In this document: positions 28,158 to 37,263 of the stretch, in pieces
Layout of the letters: every line of letters begins with the position of its first letter
Numbering within the stretch: the stretch's first letter is position 1
Assembly (NCBI GenBank): GCA_965247635.1
Contig: CBDFHJ010000008.1
Location: 135,653-199,652, forward strand
Reading direction: 5' to 3'
Origin: Dehalococcoidia bacterium
GTDB lineage: Bacteria > Chloroflexota > Dehalococcoidia > Lucifugimonadales > Australimonadaceae
Length of the DNA stretch: 64,000 bases
Made by a program: the position numbers and the translations under genes
Notes under the pieces: generated by a model
The model's input: only the letters and a program-made list of their open reading frames with translations
Databases searched by the model: none
What the model was told of the DNA's origin: nothing

Positions 28158-29486
28158 TTAGAGCTCCCGGAGCCTTGTGTGCACAAGCTGCTCCAGGTAG
28201 GCGCGGAACGGCACGTGGGTGATGGTGGCGGGCACCTCGCTGACGAAGCCGGAGGTAAGCAGCTCGCGGGCGCCCAGGTCGTCCAGGCCGCGACTCTTCA
28301 GGTAGAAGACAGCCTCCCGGTCGAGCTGGCCGATGGCGGCGCCGTGGTTGCACTTGACGTCGTCGGCGTAAATCTCCAGCTGCGGCTTGGTATCCACCGC
28401 CGCGCCCTCCGATAGCAGCAGCGTCTTATTGACCTGATGGGAGTTGGTCTTCTGGGCGTTGGGCCGGACCAGCATCTTCCCGCCGAAGACCACGTGGGCC
28501 TTGCCGCTGAGCACGCCTTTGTAGAGCTCGTCGCTACTGGTGTTGGGCACCGCGTGGTCAACAAAGGTGTTGTAGTCCACGTGCTGCTGCTCGTTCAGCA
28601 GATAGAGGCCACGGAGCTCGGCCCTGGCGCCCTCCTCGTGGAGCAGGACGTTGATGTTGTTGCGGACGAGGCCGCCGCCGTGGTCCACGAGCAGTGACGT
28701 GTACCTACTCTCACCCTCCTGCCGCACCTCGATGGTGGCGACGTGGAAGGAGCCGGCGCTTTCGGTCTGGAGCTTGTAATGGTCCAGCCTTGCTCCGGGT
28801 TCCAGGACCACCTCCGATACCGCGTTGGTGAAGTAGCGTCCACCCACGGGTCCGATATACGACTCGATGACCGTTGCCCTGGACTCCCTGTCCATTAGGA
28901 TAAGCACCCGGGGGTGTGAGACGGTGTCGGTAGGGGTGGCCGTGGACAGGAAGATGAGCTGAATGGCAGCGGAGAGGGTGGTGCCTGAGGGCACGTGCAG
29001 GAAGCCCCCGTCCTGTACGAACGCCGTGTTCAGCGCTGTGAAGGCGTGGCCGTGATAGTCGGCGTACTTGCCCAAGTGCCGGCCAACCGGGCCCTTCAAT
29101 GCGTCCCGCAGATTACACAGGTGCACCTCAGGCGGCAGCGCCTCGGTGGACGAGTGCTCCCGACTGTAGCGGCCGTTCACGAAGACCAGGCGGCTGCCAT
29201 GCGTTCCCGCAAAGGCGTGGTGGTCAATCTCGGAGGCCGGCACGTGGATAGCCTGCGGCTCGTTTAGCACGCTAAAGGGGACCTTGGCCAAGGGGCTTAC
29301 GTCGGTGTACTTCCACTCCTCGTTGCCCCTGCGCACCACCGGGAACCCCAGGTCGCTAAAGCGGGAGATCGCCTCCCTGCGCAGCTTCCGTAGCCAAGCG
29401 GGGTCATGCTTGAACCCATCGCGCTCCAGGCTATCGAAGGTGGATAGGTACGATGCCTCTTGGGTTGCTCGCGCACGCTGGGTCAT
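28158..29486 (-). CDS. sufD: Fe-S cluster assembly protein SufD
   Basis: 442 aa between sufC and sufS. The C-terminal beta-helix region ..G.A..VF.GKM.V...AQKT...Q.NK.LLLS..A.VDTKP.LEIYADDVKC.HGA..G.L.. is typical of SufD. Confidence 0.85.
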   Translation of the reverse strand: MTQRARATQEASYLSTFDSLERDGFKHDPAWLRKLRREAISRFSDLGFPVVRRGNEEWKYTDVSPLAKVPFSVLNEPQAIHVPASEIDHHAFAGTHGSRLVFVNGRYSREHSSTEALPPEVHLCNLRDALKGPVGRHLGKYADYHGHAFTALNTAFVQDGGFLHVPSGTTLSAAIQLIFLSTATPTDTVSHPRVLILMDRESRATVIESYIGPVGGRYFTNAVSEVVLEPGARLDHYKLQTESAGSFHVATIEVRQEGESRYTSLLVDHGGGLVRNNINVLLHEEGARAELRGLYLLNEQQHVDYNTFVDHAVPNTSSDELYKGVLSGKAHVVFGGKMLVRPNAQKTNSHQVNKTLLLSEGAAVDTKPQLEIYADDVKCNHGAAIGQLDREAVFYLKSRGLDDLGARELLTSGFVSEVPATITHVPFRAYLEQLVHTRLREL

Positions 29487-29514
29487 GCCTTGGTGTCCTC
29501 GCGGATGCTGGCCA

Positions 29515-30279
29515 TTACGCGCTGGGGTGCGCGGCTCCGCTGCTCTCCACCCACTCGTAACCCTTCGCCTCCACCTCCATGGCCAGCTCCTTACCGCCGG
29601 TCATGGCGATACGGCCGTCGATGAACAGGTGCACCACGTCGGGGATGACATAGCTAAGGATGCGTTGATAGTGAGTGATCAGCAGGATGGCCCGCTCTGG
29701 GCTGCGCGTCTTGGATATGCCGTCGGCCACCTCGCGCAGCGCGTCGATGTCCAGGCCGGAGTCCACCTCGTCCAAGATGGAAAGCTTCGGTTCCAGCACA
29801 ACCATCTGGAGGACCTCGCTACGCTTCTTCTCACCGCCGGAGAACCCGTCGTTGACCGACCGTTTTAGCAGGGCAGGGTCCATCTCCACGGCTTTGAGCG
29901 TGCCCTTGAGCTGTCGGTCAAACTTCAAGACGTCGATCTCGTCCAGGCCTTTGCTCTTGCGTATCGCGTTGTAGCCCGCACGCAAGAAGTGGTCGAGGCG
30001 CACCCCTGGCACCTCCACGGGGTGCTGGAAGGACAGGAAGATGCCCGCCCTGGCACGCGCCTCTGGAGGCATCAGTAGCAGGTCTTGCCCCTCGTAACGT
30101 ATCGATCCCTTGGTGATGCGGCAGGCGGGATGGCCGGTAACGACTCTCGCCAAAGTGCTCTTCCCCGAGCCGTTGGGGCCCATGATGGCGTGGAGCTCGC
30201 CCGCGTTCACGCTCAGGCTCACCCCCTTGAGGATCTCAACGTTATCGACAGTGACGTGCAGGTCACGGATTTCGAGCAT
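29515..30279 (-). CDS. sufC: Fe-S cluster assembly ATPase SufC
   Basis: MLEIRDLHV.V......L.GV.L.V..GE.HAIMGPNGSGKSTL (Walker A), LSGGEKKR-like FSGGEKKRSEVLQM, and ILDEVDSGLDIDAL. I prefer ATG 30279 (GAGGAA 7 nt upstream) to 30294. Confidence 0.9.
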   Translation of the reverse strand: MLEIRDLHVTVDNVEILKGVSLSVNAGELHAIMGPNGSGKSTLARVVTGHPACRITKGSIRYEGQDLLLMPPEARARAGIFLSFQHPVEVPGVRLDHFLRAGYNAIRKSKGLDEIDVLKFDRQLKGTLKAVEMDPALLKRSVNDGFSGGEKKRSEVLQMVVLEPKLSILDEVDSGLDIDALREVADGISKTRSPERAILLITHYQRILSYVIPDVVHLFIDGRIAMTGGKELAMEVEAKGYEWVESSGAAHPSA

Positions 30280-30307
30280 TACACCATTCCTCATAGGGCG
30301 TGCGGGG

Positions 30308-31765
30308 CTAGCCTATGGCCCCTTCCAGGTTCAGCGCCAGCAGCCGGTTCGCTTCGACCGCGAACTCCATGGGCAGCTTGCTGAACACGTCCTTGCAGAA
30401 GCCGTTGATGATGAGCGAGTTGGCGTCCTCGGCCGACAGGCCCCGCTGGCTGCAATAAAACACCTGCTCTTCGCTCACCTTGGAGGTCGACGCTTCATGC
30501 TCCACCGTGGAGCTGTTGTTGTGCACCTCCAGGTAGGGCGTGGTGTGCGCGCCGCACTGGTCGCCTAGGAGCAGGGAGTCGCACTGGGTGAAGTTCTTAG
30601 CGTTCTCGGCCTTGGGCATGACCTTGACCAGGCCCCGGTAGGTGTTGTTGCCGTGGCCTGCCGAGATGCCCTTGGCGATGATGGTGCTGCTGGTGTTCTT
30701 GCCGGTATGGGTCATCTTGGTGCCGGTGTCGGCTTGCTGGTAGAGCTTGGTGAGCGCCACGGAGTAGAACTCACCCACGGAATTGTCGCCCTGGAGGATG
30801 ACGCTGGGGTACTTCCAGGTGATGGCCGACCCCGTTTCCACCTGCGTCCACGAGATATGAGAGTTTCGTCCCAAGGCCTTCCCGCGCTTCGTCACGAAGT
30901 TGAAGACGCCACCCTTGCCCTCGGCGTCGCCGGGGTACCAGTTCTGAATGGTGGAGTACCTGATGTCCGCGTCGTCCAACGCCACCAACTCCACCACGGC
31001 CGCGTGCAGCTGGTTCTGGTCGCGGATGGGAGCGCTACATCCTTCCAGGTAGCTCACGTAGCTGCCCTCGTCGGCGATGATGAGCGTCCGTTCGAACTGG
31101 CCGCCGCTCTCCTGGTTGATGCGGAAGTAGGTGGAAAGCTCCAGGGGGCAGCGCACCCCCTTGGGGATGTAGCAAAAGGAGCCGTCCGAGAAGACGGCGG
31201 AGTTCAGGGAAGCGTAGAAGTTGTCGGTGTAAGGCACAACCGAGCCGAGGTATTTTCTGACCAGGTCAGGGTGCTCCTGAACGGCCTCCGACATGGAGCA
31301 GAAGATGACGCCGTATTTCGCCAGCGTCTCCTTGGCCGTGGTCATCACGGACACGCTATCGAAGATGGCGTCCACCGCTACACCCGCCAGACGCTTCTGT
31401 TCCCCTAGCGGAATGCCCAGCTTCTCGAACGTCTCCAGCAGGTCCTTGTCCACCTCGTCCAGGCTGGCGAGCTCCGCCTTGGGCTTAGGCGCTGAGTAGT
31501 AGATGATGTCCTGGAAGTTGATACGTGGGTAAGAAACGTTCGCCCACGTAGGCACCTGATCCTTGTCCAGCAGGGTCTTCCAGTGTCTGAAGGACCGCAG
31601 GCGCCACTCCAGCATCCACTGGGGCTCACCCTTCTTGGCGGAGATCCAACGGACGATCTCCTCGTTAAGCCCAGGAGGCGCGGTGTCCGCTTCGATGTCC
31701 GTGACGAAGCCGTACTTGTACCCCTGGTCTGCCAGGTCCTTCACTGCTCTGTTCTTGGTGGTCAT
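30308..31765 (-). CDS. sufB: Fe-S cluster assembly scaffold SufB
   Basis: 485 aa. ..YKYGF.T.IE.......GL.E..V..IS..K.EP.WM...RL..F.., ..T.QNWY.G.....GG..NFVTKRG.., ..HEA..SK.SEEQ.FY...RG.S.E.A... No intein-sized insertion. Confidence 0.9.
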   Translation of the reverse strand: MTTKNRAVKDLADQGYKYGFVTDIEADTAPPGLNEEIVRWISAKKGEPQWMLEWRLRSFRHWKTLLDKDQVPTWANVSYPRINFQDIIYYSAPKPKAELASLDEVDKDLLETFEKLGIPLGEQKRLAGVAVDAIFDSVSVMTTAKETLAKYGVIFCSMSEAVQEHPDLVRKYLGSVVPYTDNFYASLNSAVFSDGSFCYIPKGVRCPLELSTYFRINQESGGQFERTLIIADEGSYVSYLEGCSAPIRDQNQLHAAVVELVALDDADIRYSTIQNWYPGDAEGKGGVFNFVTKRGKALGRNSHISWTQVETGSAITWKYPSVILQGDNSVGEFYSVALTKLYQQADTGTKMTHTGKNTSSTIIAKGISAGHGNNTYRGLVKVMPKAENAKNFTQCDSLLLGDQCGAHTTPYLEVHNNSSTVEHEASTSKVSEEQVFYCSQRGLSAEDANSLIINGFCKDVFSKLPMEFAVEANRLLALNLEGAIG

Positions 31766-31891
31766 TAGCTGGCACCGTGTGGGGTCTGAACGCGACGTTA
31801 GGACCTGCCCGAAGGCTGCGCGTACAAGCCTGTGAAGTAAGGAACTATCACGCTACGACGCCGCGAATTGTTGACTAACTTACCCGACAAT

Positions 31892-31920
31892 AGTCTAGGG
31901 CAGCGCTGCAATAGTGTCAA
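31892..31920 (-). promoter_or_regulatory. candidate suf operon promoter
   Basis: On the minus strand: TTGACA (31920-31915), 17-nt spacer containing the perfect palindrome GCAGCGCTGC, then TAGACT (31897-31892). It sits about 125 nt upstream of the sufB ATG. A direct 7-mer CAATAGT flanks the palindrome. Confidence 0.35.
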
Positions 31921-31931
31921 GGAACGGAGGA

Positions 31932-32891
31932 CTAAGGCCGGCCCTTGGACTCTAGATAGCTACGCAGCGCCTCCTCGCCGGTGTGCTGGAACCGGAAGCC
32001 CGTCTCGCTCTCGAGCCGCTCCGTGCTCACCACCCACGGATAGCGTATCCAGTCCAATCCCACGGCGGGTGAATCGCTCTGCAGCCGCAGCCACCACGCG
32101 AGCTGGGTGAGCGGGTAGGCTACGGCGGTAGGTAGCCAGATGAGTCGCTTTCCGGCCATCCGCACCAGCTCCGACCACCGCACCGTGCCGGGTCCGGCCA
32201 CGTTGAACACGCCGGGGTGCGGCTCGGCTACGAAACGCCAGAGCAGCTCCACGACGTCGTCTTCGTGCACGAACTGCATGGGCGGATCGTAGCCGCGTAG
32301 CCCCACCAGCACCGGCTTGAACAGGGAGGACGTGATGAAGTTGCTGGCCGACGGCCCCATGACCACGCAACCGCGCAGGATGGAGACGACCGTATCTGGG
32401 TGGGCTTCCGCGTACCCCCGCAGCAGCCGCTCGCTATCCGCCTTGTCCCACGCGTAGTGAAAGGCGCGTGGCGGACGGCAGGGGGCGTCCTCGTCCAGGG
32501 GGACCGGATTGTCGGCGTGGGCACCGTACACCGTCGAGCTGGACAGCGCCACGATGCGCCGCACTCCCACGGCGTCGCAGGCCTGCAGCACGCTGGCTGC
32601 ACCACCTACGTTCACGCGTCGGTTGGCGCGCCGGTCGCGCCCCTGCCGCAGCACGAAGGCGAGATGGACCACCGCTTCCACACCGTGCCGGCGGAAGGCT
32701 TGCTCCAGGGGTTCGGTGACGTCTTGCCGCAGCGAGGTGACCTTGGGGCCCGTATCCGGCACCGGACGGATGTCGATGGCGACGATGTGCTTGACGCCGT
32801 CCTCCCGTCCCAGCCGGGCCATCAGCCGCTGGCCCAAGTAACCCGCCGCGCCGGTGACCGCCACCACCGCCGGCGGAGCGCTAGCCGCCAT
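31932..32891 (-). CDS. NAD-dependent epimerase/dehydratase family protein (extended SDR)
   Basis: N-terminal Rossmann motif VAVTGAAGYLGQRLMARL, later YAWDKADSE (the YxxxK region). 319 aa. Confidence 0.7.
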   Translation of the reverse strand: MAASAPPAVVAVTGAAGYLGQRLMARLGREDGVKHIVAIDIRPVPDTGPKVTSLRQDVTEPLEQAFRRHGVEAVVHLAFVLRQGRDRRANRRVNVGGAASVLQACDAVGVRRIVALSSSTVYGAHADNPVPLDEDAPCRPPRAFHYAWDKADSERLLRGYAEAHPDTVVSILRGCVVMGPSASNFITSSLFKPVLVGLRGYDPPMQFVHEDDVVELLWRFVAEPHPGVFNVAGPGTVRWSELVRMAGKRLIWLPTAVAYPLTQLAWWLRLQSDSPAVGLDWIRYPWVVSTERLESETGFRFQHTGEEALRSYLESKGRP

Positions 32892-33252
32892 CGCTGGCGA
32901 TGTCGGTGAAGTCGAAGCCCATGTCCCCCAGACCCGCCACCTGGAACCGCATGCCGAGCTTGTGGGGCGTCGGGTCTAGCTGCCATCCCTGGACGCGAAT
33001 GGTGGTGGTCTTGTTCATACCTAGCGTGAACGGCACGTCCTGGGAGACCTGGTCGAAGCCAACGATTTTGCCGTCCACCTCAAAGGTCGTGGAGACCCTG
33101 CCTACCTCCTGGCCGTCCACGGTCAGCGGAAACAGCTTGCGGGCGTAGCCCGAGCCCAGCCGGTTGCGGAGCTGGAACTCGAACCCGTCGCTTGTGCGCC
33201 TGAGGCTGCCCTTCACGTAGAGGCGACGGAGTAGAAATCCGGGTACTCTCAT
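32881..33252 (-). CDS. small hypothetical protein (123 aa, beta-rich)
   Basis: ATG 33252 lies 17 nt after the aldolase stop. MRVPGFLLRRLYVKGSLRRTSDGFEFQLRNRLGSGYARKLFPLTVDGQEV... It overlaps the SDR start by 11 nt. The 174-aa ORF-track version adds an Arg/Gly-rich, non-protein-like N-terminus. Confidence 0.4.
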   Translation of the reverse strand: MRVPGFLLRRLYVKGSLRRTSDGFEFQLRNRLGSGYARKLFPLTVDGQEVGRVSTTFEVDGKIVGFDQVSQDVPFTLGMNKTTTIRVQGWQLDPTPHKLGMRFQVAGLGDMGFDFTDIASDGG

Positions 33253-33269
33253 GATCAGGTCTCTCGAAG

Positions 33270-33998
33270 CTATAGGCCCTTGGTCTGCTGCCGCATGCGG
33301 AACAGCTCCATCTCGATGGCCACCACGTCGGCGGGCAGGGGATGCGCCCCGCCCAGAGCCGTGGCCACCACATAGACGTGCGCCAGGCGTTCCACCAGCC
33401 GGCACACGTTCACCGCTTCAGCCACCGTGCCGCCCACGCCCACCGCGCCGTGGTTGCGGAGGAGCACGGCGTTGCGCTCACCCAGGGCCGCCACCACGTG
33501 CTCCCCTAGCTCCTCGGTCCCAGGGAAGGCGTAATCCGCCACCTGGACCGAGTCGCCCAAGTACAGCACCATCTCGTCGATCAGCGCCGGAACCGCGCTC
33601 CCGGCCACCGCCAGGGCGCTGGCGTACACCGAGTGGGTGTGGACCACGGCGCCGACGTCGGGCCGGGACGAGTAGATGGCGGCGTGCATCAGGCTCTCGG
33701 TGGAGGGGATGGCCTCACCCAGCACCGGATCGCCCTCGAGGTCGACCACCACCACGTCGTCCAGCGTCATCTCCTCGTAGCCGGTGGACGACGCCGTCAC
33801 GGCCATGAGGGCGCCGCCATCCTGGCTTGCGACCCGGGCGCTCACGTTGCCGCTGGTGGCCACCACCAGGCCCTCGCGGTGAATGGCCTGGGCTGCGTGC
33901 AACACCGCGGTCCGCTCCTCGACCCAGCTAGGAGCGGTCTCGGCGGCACGTCTGCGGCCTTTTGCGACGCCTTTCTTCGTTGCCATGCCCCTAAGCAT
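33270..33998 (-). CDS. class II aldolase/adducin-family protein (L-fuculose-P aldolase / L-ribulose-5-P 4-epimerase-like)
   Basis: ..GLVVATSGNVSARV.., ..PSTESLMHAAIY..RPDVGAVVHTHSVYASALA.. (Zn-His motif) and ..LLRNHGAVGVG....A... 242 aa. Confidence 0.8.
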   Translation of the reverse strand: MLRGMATKKGVAKGRRRAAETAPSWVEERTAVLHAAQAIHREGLVVATSGNVSARVASQDGGALMAVTASSTGYEEMTLDDVVVVDLEGDPVLGEAIPSTESLMHAAIYSSRPDVGAVVHTHSVYASALAVAGSAVPALIDEMVLYLGDSVQVADYAFPGTEELGEHVVAALGERNAVLLRNHGAVGVGGTVAEAVNVCRLVERLAHVYVVATALGGAHPLPADVVAIEMELFRMRQQTKGL

Positions 33999-34090
33999 AC
34001 CGGGGAAGCGCTTCTTGCAAAAGAGCTTTCCCCGAACCCCTTTCAGAAAACGCTGGACCCTCCAAGGTTGTGCAGCAACGGACCCACACG

Positions 34091-35596
34091 CTATAGCTCA
34101 TCACTGAGCTCGTCGAGCCGGGCTTTCAACCGCAGCCACCTCCTGTATAGATCAGCGTATTCGAGGGTGCTGCGTACGTCCGGCTCGATGACCGTGCCCT
34201 GGCCGGCAGCCCGCTTGGCGGCCTCCTCCCACTGGCCTCGTGGAGCCGAAGCCGCGATGGCGGCGCCGATGGCGCTGGCCCGGTGGTGGTGCAGCCGGAC
34301 CGGACTCCCCAGTACGTCGGCAAGCATCTGCGGGAACACGCTGTTCTGGCTCAGGCCGCCGGACAGCGCCACCAGGCGAGGCTTCCGCTCCATGACCTCC
34401 TCCAGCCGTTCGGCGCCCTGCCGAATGCCGTAGGCGATGTTCTCCAGCGTGGCCCTGGCCACATGGCCAGCGTGGATGGGGTTGTAGGTGATGGGGGAGG
34501 GCATCAGCAGCCCACCCATGCCAACGCCGGGGTTGGCCAGGTCCAGGGCGTGGGGCCCCCAGAAGGCCGTGACGAGGTTGGAGCCCAGGCGCGACCGGCT
34601 GAGCAGGCTGTCCAGCCTGTCGATGCCAGCCCTGGGGCCCAAGAGTCGACGGACCATCTCCAGCGTTCCACCCGTGTCGCCGACGTTGGCCTCGGCCACC
34701 CAGCGGCCCGGCAGTACGTGGCACCCGGCCCAGGTGCGGCGCTGGGGGTCGAGCACCGGCGCTTCGGTGACGGCCTGCACCGGCGTGCTCCACCCGCTGA
34801 CGACGGCCGCGTCTCCCGGAGCGACCGCACCCATGCCCAGCAGCGCAGCCTGGGTATCGGGCCCAGCCAGGACCACCGGCGTTCCTTCACGCAGGCCGGT
34901 GGCCGCCGCGGCGTCGTGCTGCACGGCCCCGACGGCAGCACCCTCGTCCACCACCGAGGGCAGCAGGGAGCCGTCAACCTCCAGCGCATCGAGCAGCGCA
35001 GATGGTTGCCGCGTCGCCACGTCCGCTAGCCCCGCCTCGTTGAGCTGCGATGGGACGTCTGCCTGCTCACCCGTAAGGCGGTAGGCCACCCAGGCGCCCA
35101 AGGTGAGGATGCGGTGGATGCGCCGGGAGGTCCGCGGATGTTGCCGCCGCCACCAGTGCAGCTTGGCCGGCGTGAAGAGGAACGATGGAAGGTGTCCGGT
35201 GGCCGCGTGGACCTGGTCCGCCAGCCGGTCGTCGATGGCGGCCCCCTCGAAGACCGCGCGCAGGTCCACGTTGGGCGCCAGGTAGATGGTGGCGCCGTCG
35301 CGGTCCAGGAAGGCCACCCCCTGGCGCTGGCTCGTGATGCTGACGGCGGCTACGTCCTCGGGCGCGACCCCTGCCGCCCTTACCCCTTCGCCGAGCACGG
35401 CTGCCACCCGCTGCCACAGGTCGTTGGGCTCGAACCAGCAGACCAGGGAGTCGGCGCCGCGGGGACGGCCCACCCGGTAGCGCCGTTCCGCTCCCGGCGT
35501 CAGGGACCACGGCTGGTCGACCGGCGCCGTGAGACTGCGAAGGCCGGTGGACCCCAGGTCCAGCATCAGCACGTGTTTTTGCGTTCGGTTAGCCAT
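34091..35596 (-). CDS. FGGY-family carbohydrate (pentulose-type) kinase
   Basis: N-terminal HVLMLDLGSTGLRS (FGGY_N phosphate-1 motif), ..ITSQRQGVAFLD.DG...Y.., and C-terminal ..LSGGLSQNSVFPQMLADVLG.PV... I prefer ATG 35596, 4 nt after the upstream gene's stop, over 35665. Confidence 0.8.
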   Translation of the reverse strand: MANRTQKHVLMLDLGSTGLRSLTAPVDQPWSLTPGAERRYRVGRPRGADSLVCWFEPNDLWQRVAAVLGEGVRAAGVAPEDVAAVSITSQRQGVAFLDRDGATIYLAPNVDLRAVFEGAAIDDRLADQVHAATGHLPSFLFTPAKLHWWRRQHPRTSRRIHRILTLGAWVAYRLTGEQADVPSQLNEAGLADVATRQPSALLDALEVDGSLLPSVVDEGAAVGAVQHDAAAATGLREGTPVVLAGPDTQAALLGMGAVAPGDAAVVSGWSTPVQAVTEAPVLDPQRRTWAGCHVLPGRWVAEANVGDTGGTLEMVRRLLGPRAGIDRLDSLLSRSRLGSNLVTAFWGPHALDLANPGVGMGGLLMPSPITYNPIHAGHVARATLENIAYGIRQGAERLEEVMERKPRLVALSGGLSQNSVFPQMLADVLGSPVRLHHHRASAIGAAIAASAPRGQWEEAAKRAAGQGTVIEPDVRSTLEYADLYRRWLRLKARLDELSDEL

Positions 35597-36188
35597 CGAA
35601 GACGTGATTACGGCCTGCTTCCTGGTTAGTTTTTCGCTCGATTTCAGATTTGAGCCCAACGACACTTACTGACCGGGCTAACCCTTGGATGTCTTTGAGG
35701 GTGAGCTGCTTCCGGTCAGGGAAACGCTCGTCGAGTACTAACCGCGAGACTACATAGAATTCCCACTGGTTCATATCGAGAGGATTCACCCGTGTACCGT
35801 CGGTTTCTGCGAGCAAGCAGAACACATATGCATCTGCGTGTCGTCGTGGCTCTCCGACGAACTCATTCGTTGCAGGATCCCATAAAAGCGTTGGACGGAC
35901 TCCAAAACTGATCCGAGATGGACGGCGTTGGTACCAGCCTTGGAGATACGCGGCAGACTTCACTTCGAGCCGAATTCCCTCCGGTGTGGTCAGGTCGAAT
36001 GACCGCCATGCGTCCCGCGCTGCTTCTTGGGCGTTGACCGCGGATGCGACGATGAATTCCGCGAGGACACCCCTATGCGTGTTGTCGCGCACATTAGAGT
36101 ACGCCCATCTCCAAAACTCTTGAATGGACCGCTCGTGCCATCCCGGAGGACCCTTGAGGGGTGTACCGGGGTCTAAGGGCTCAACCAT
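35589..36188 (-). CDS. hypothetical protein with a PD-(D/E)xK nuclease-like core, AT-rich relative to its neighbours
   Basis: 199 aa. ..RGVLAEFIVASAV... then D-x10-E-x-K (FDLTTPEGIRLEVKS), then ..YVFCLL..T......LD.NQWEFYVV.., a restriction-endonuclease-like arrangement. It overlaps the upstream stop by 8 nt, and the downstream start lies 4 nt after its stop. Confidence 0.45.
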   Translation of the reverse strand: MVEPLDPGTPLKGPPGWHERSIQEFWRWAYSNVRDNTHRGVLAEFIVASAVNAQEAARDAWRSFDLTTPEGIRLEVKSAAYLQGWYQRRPSRISFGVRPTLLWDPATNEFVGEPRRHADAYVFCLLAETDGTRVNPLDMNQWEFYVVSRLVLDERFPDRKQLTLKDIQGLARSVSVVGLKSEIERKTNQEAGRNHVFDG

Positions 36189-37191
36189 GGGTTCTACCCC
36201 GCCTGCGCCACACCTCCGGATTGGCCAGGTGTCGCGGCCGTTTGCCAGCCAAGAAGCGCTGGATGTCGTCTACCACCATCTGCGAGTGGCGCTGCACCGT
36301 CTCGACGGTTGCGCCACCGATATGAGGTGTCAGGATGACGCTGGGCAGACCCAGGAGCGGTGACGTGGGAGGGATGGGATGCGCCTCGTGCGCGTCCATG
36401 GCGGCGCCGGCGAGCCTCCCATCCCGTAGCGCGGCGGAGAGGGCCTCGGTGTCCACCACCGCGGGCGATGTAACGTTGACCAGATAAGCCGTTGGCCGCA
36501 TCACCCGCAGCCGCTCGGCGTTCAGCAGGCCCTCCGTCTCGGGCGTTTCGGGCACGTGGACCGTGACGAAATCACTCTCCCGCAGCACCGTTTCCAAAGA
36601 CGCCAAGGTCACGCCCGCAGTGCCACGTGTGCCCGCCCGGACGTATGGGTCGTACGCCAGCGCCCGCATACCTAGACCACGGCCTAGCCTGGCCACCCGC
36701 TTACCTATCTCTCCGAGGCCGATGATCCCCAAGGTGGCGCCTGCAACCTCCCGCCCTTGGAACAGCCGGTACGGCTCGGTAGGCTCTTCCCAGCGCCCGG
36801 TGCCCACGTAACTATGGGCCTGAGGAATGTGCCGGGCCAGGCTGAGGACCAGACCCAGGACCAACTCAGCCACGGCCTGGGCGTTGCGGCCCGGTGTATG
36901 GAGCACCGTTACCCCGTGGTCAGTCGCCGACTCCAGGTCCACCTGGTTGAGGGCTGCCCGGCAGATGGCGGCGAGTCGGAGCATTCCGCCTGCCGCGTCA
37001 AACAGCTCCTCGAACAGGAAATCCGACTCCACCACCAGCGCTTGGAATCCCTCGTCACGAAGGCGCAGGCCTAGCTCTTCCGGGTCGTGCAGGCGTAGCG
37101 TCTGGGTCCACGGCTCGTAGGCCACCGTGCCGAAGTCCCCGAGCGCCGCCAGGCCGTCGGTCGAAAAGGGCGCCAGCACGAGGGTGTTCAT
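36181..37191 (-). CDS. D-isomer-specific 2-hydroxyacid dehydrogenase (phosphoglycerate dehydrogenase-like)
   Basis: NAD motif GATLGIIGLGEIGKRVARL, then ..RESDFVTVHVP.T.ET.GL.., ..VN..S...VD..AL..AL..G.L.GAA.D...E.P.., and ..ILTPHIGG.T. Confidence 0.8.
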   Translation of the reverse strand: MNTLVLAPFSTDGLAALGDFGTVAYEPWTQTLRLHDPEELGLRLRDEGFQALVVESDFLFEELFDAAGGMLRLAAICRAALNQVDLESATDHGVTVLHTPGRNAQAVAELVLGLVLSLARHIPQAHSYVGTGRWEEPTEPYRLFQGREVAGATLGIIGLGEIGKRVARLGRGLGMRALAYDPYVRAGTRGTAGVTLASLETVLRESDFVTVHVPETPETEGLLNAERLRVMRPTAYLVNVTSPAVVDTEALSAALRDGRLAGAAMDAHEAHPIPPTSPLLGLPSVILTPHIGGATVETVQRHSQMVVDDIQRFLAGKRPRHLANPEVWRRRGRTHG

Positions 37192-37211
37192 TCACTACAC
37201 TCCAAGTTTAG

Positions 37212-37237
37212 CTGGGGGCCGTTCACCACGCCCCCAG
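37212..37237 (-). other. perfect 8-bp GC hairpin between hpnE and the dehydrogenase gene (possible terminator/attenuator, no U-tract)
   Basis: CTGGGGGC (37212-37219), 10-nt loop, GCCCCCAG (37230-37237). Confidence 0.3.
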
Positions 37238-37263
37238 AACCCCAGGGCTCAGCCGGCCGACCT

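Noticed and set aside
30308-31765. Checked SufB for an intein or other insertion
   Set aside because: A length of 485 aa and continuous conserved blocks leave no room for an intein.
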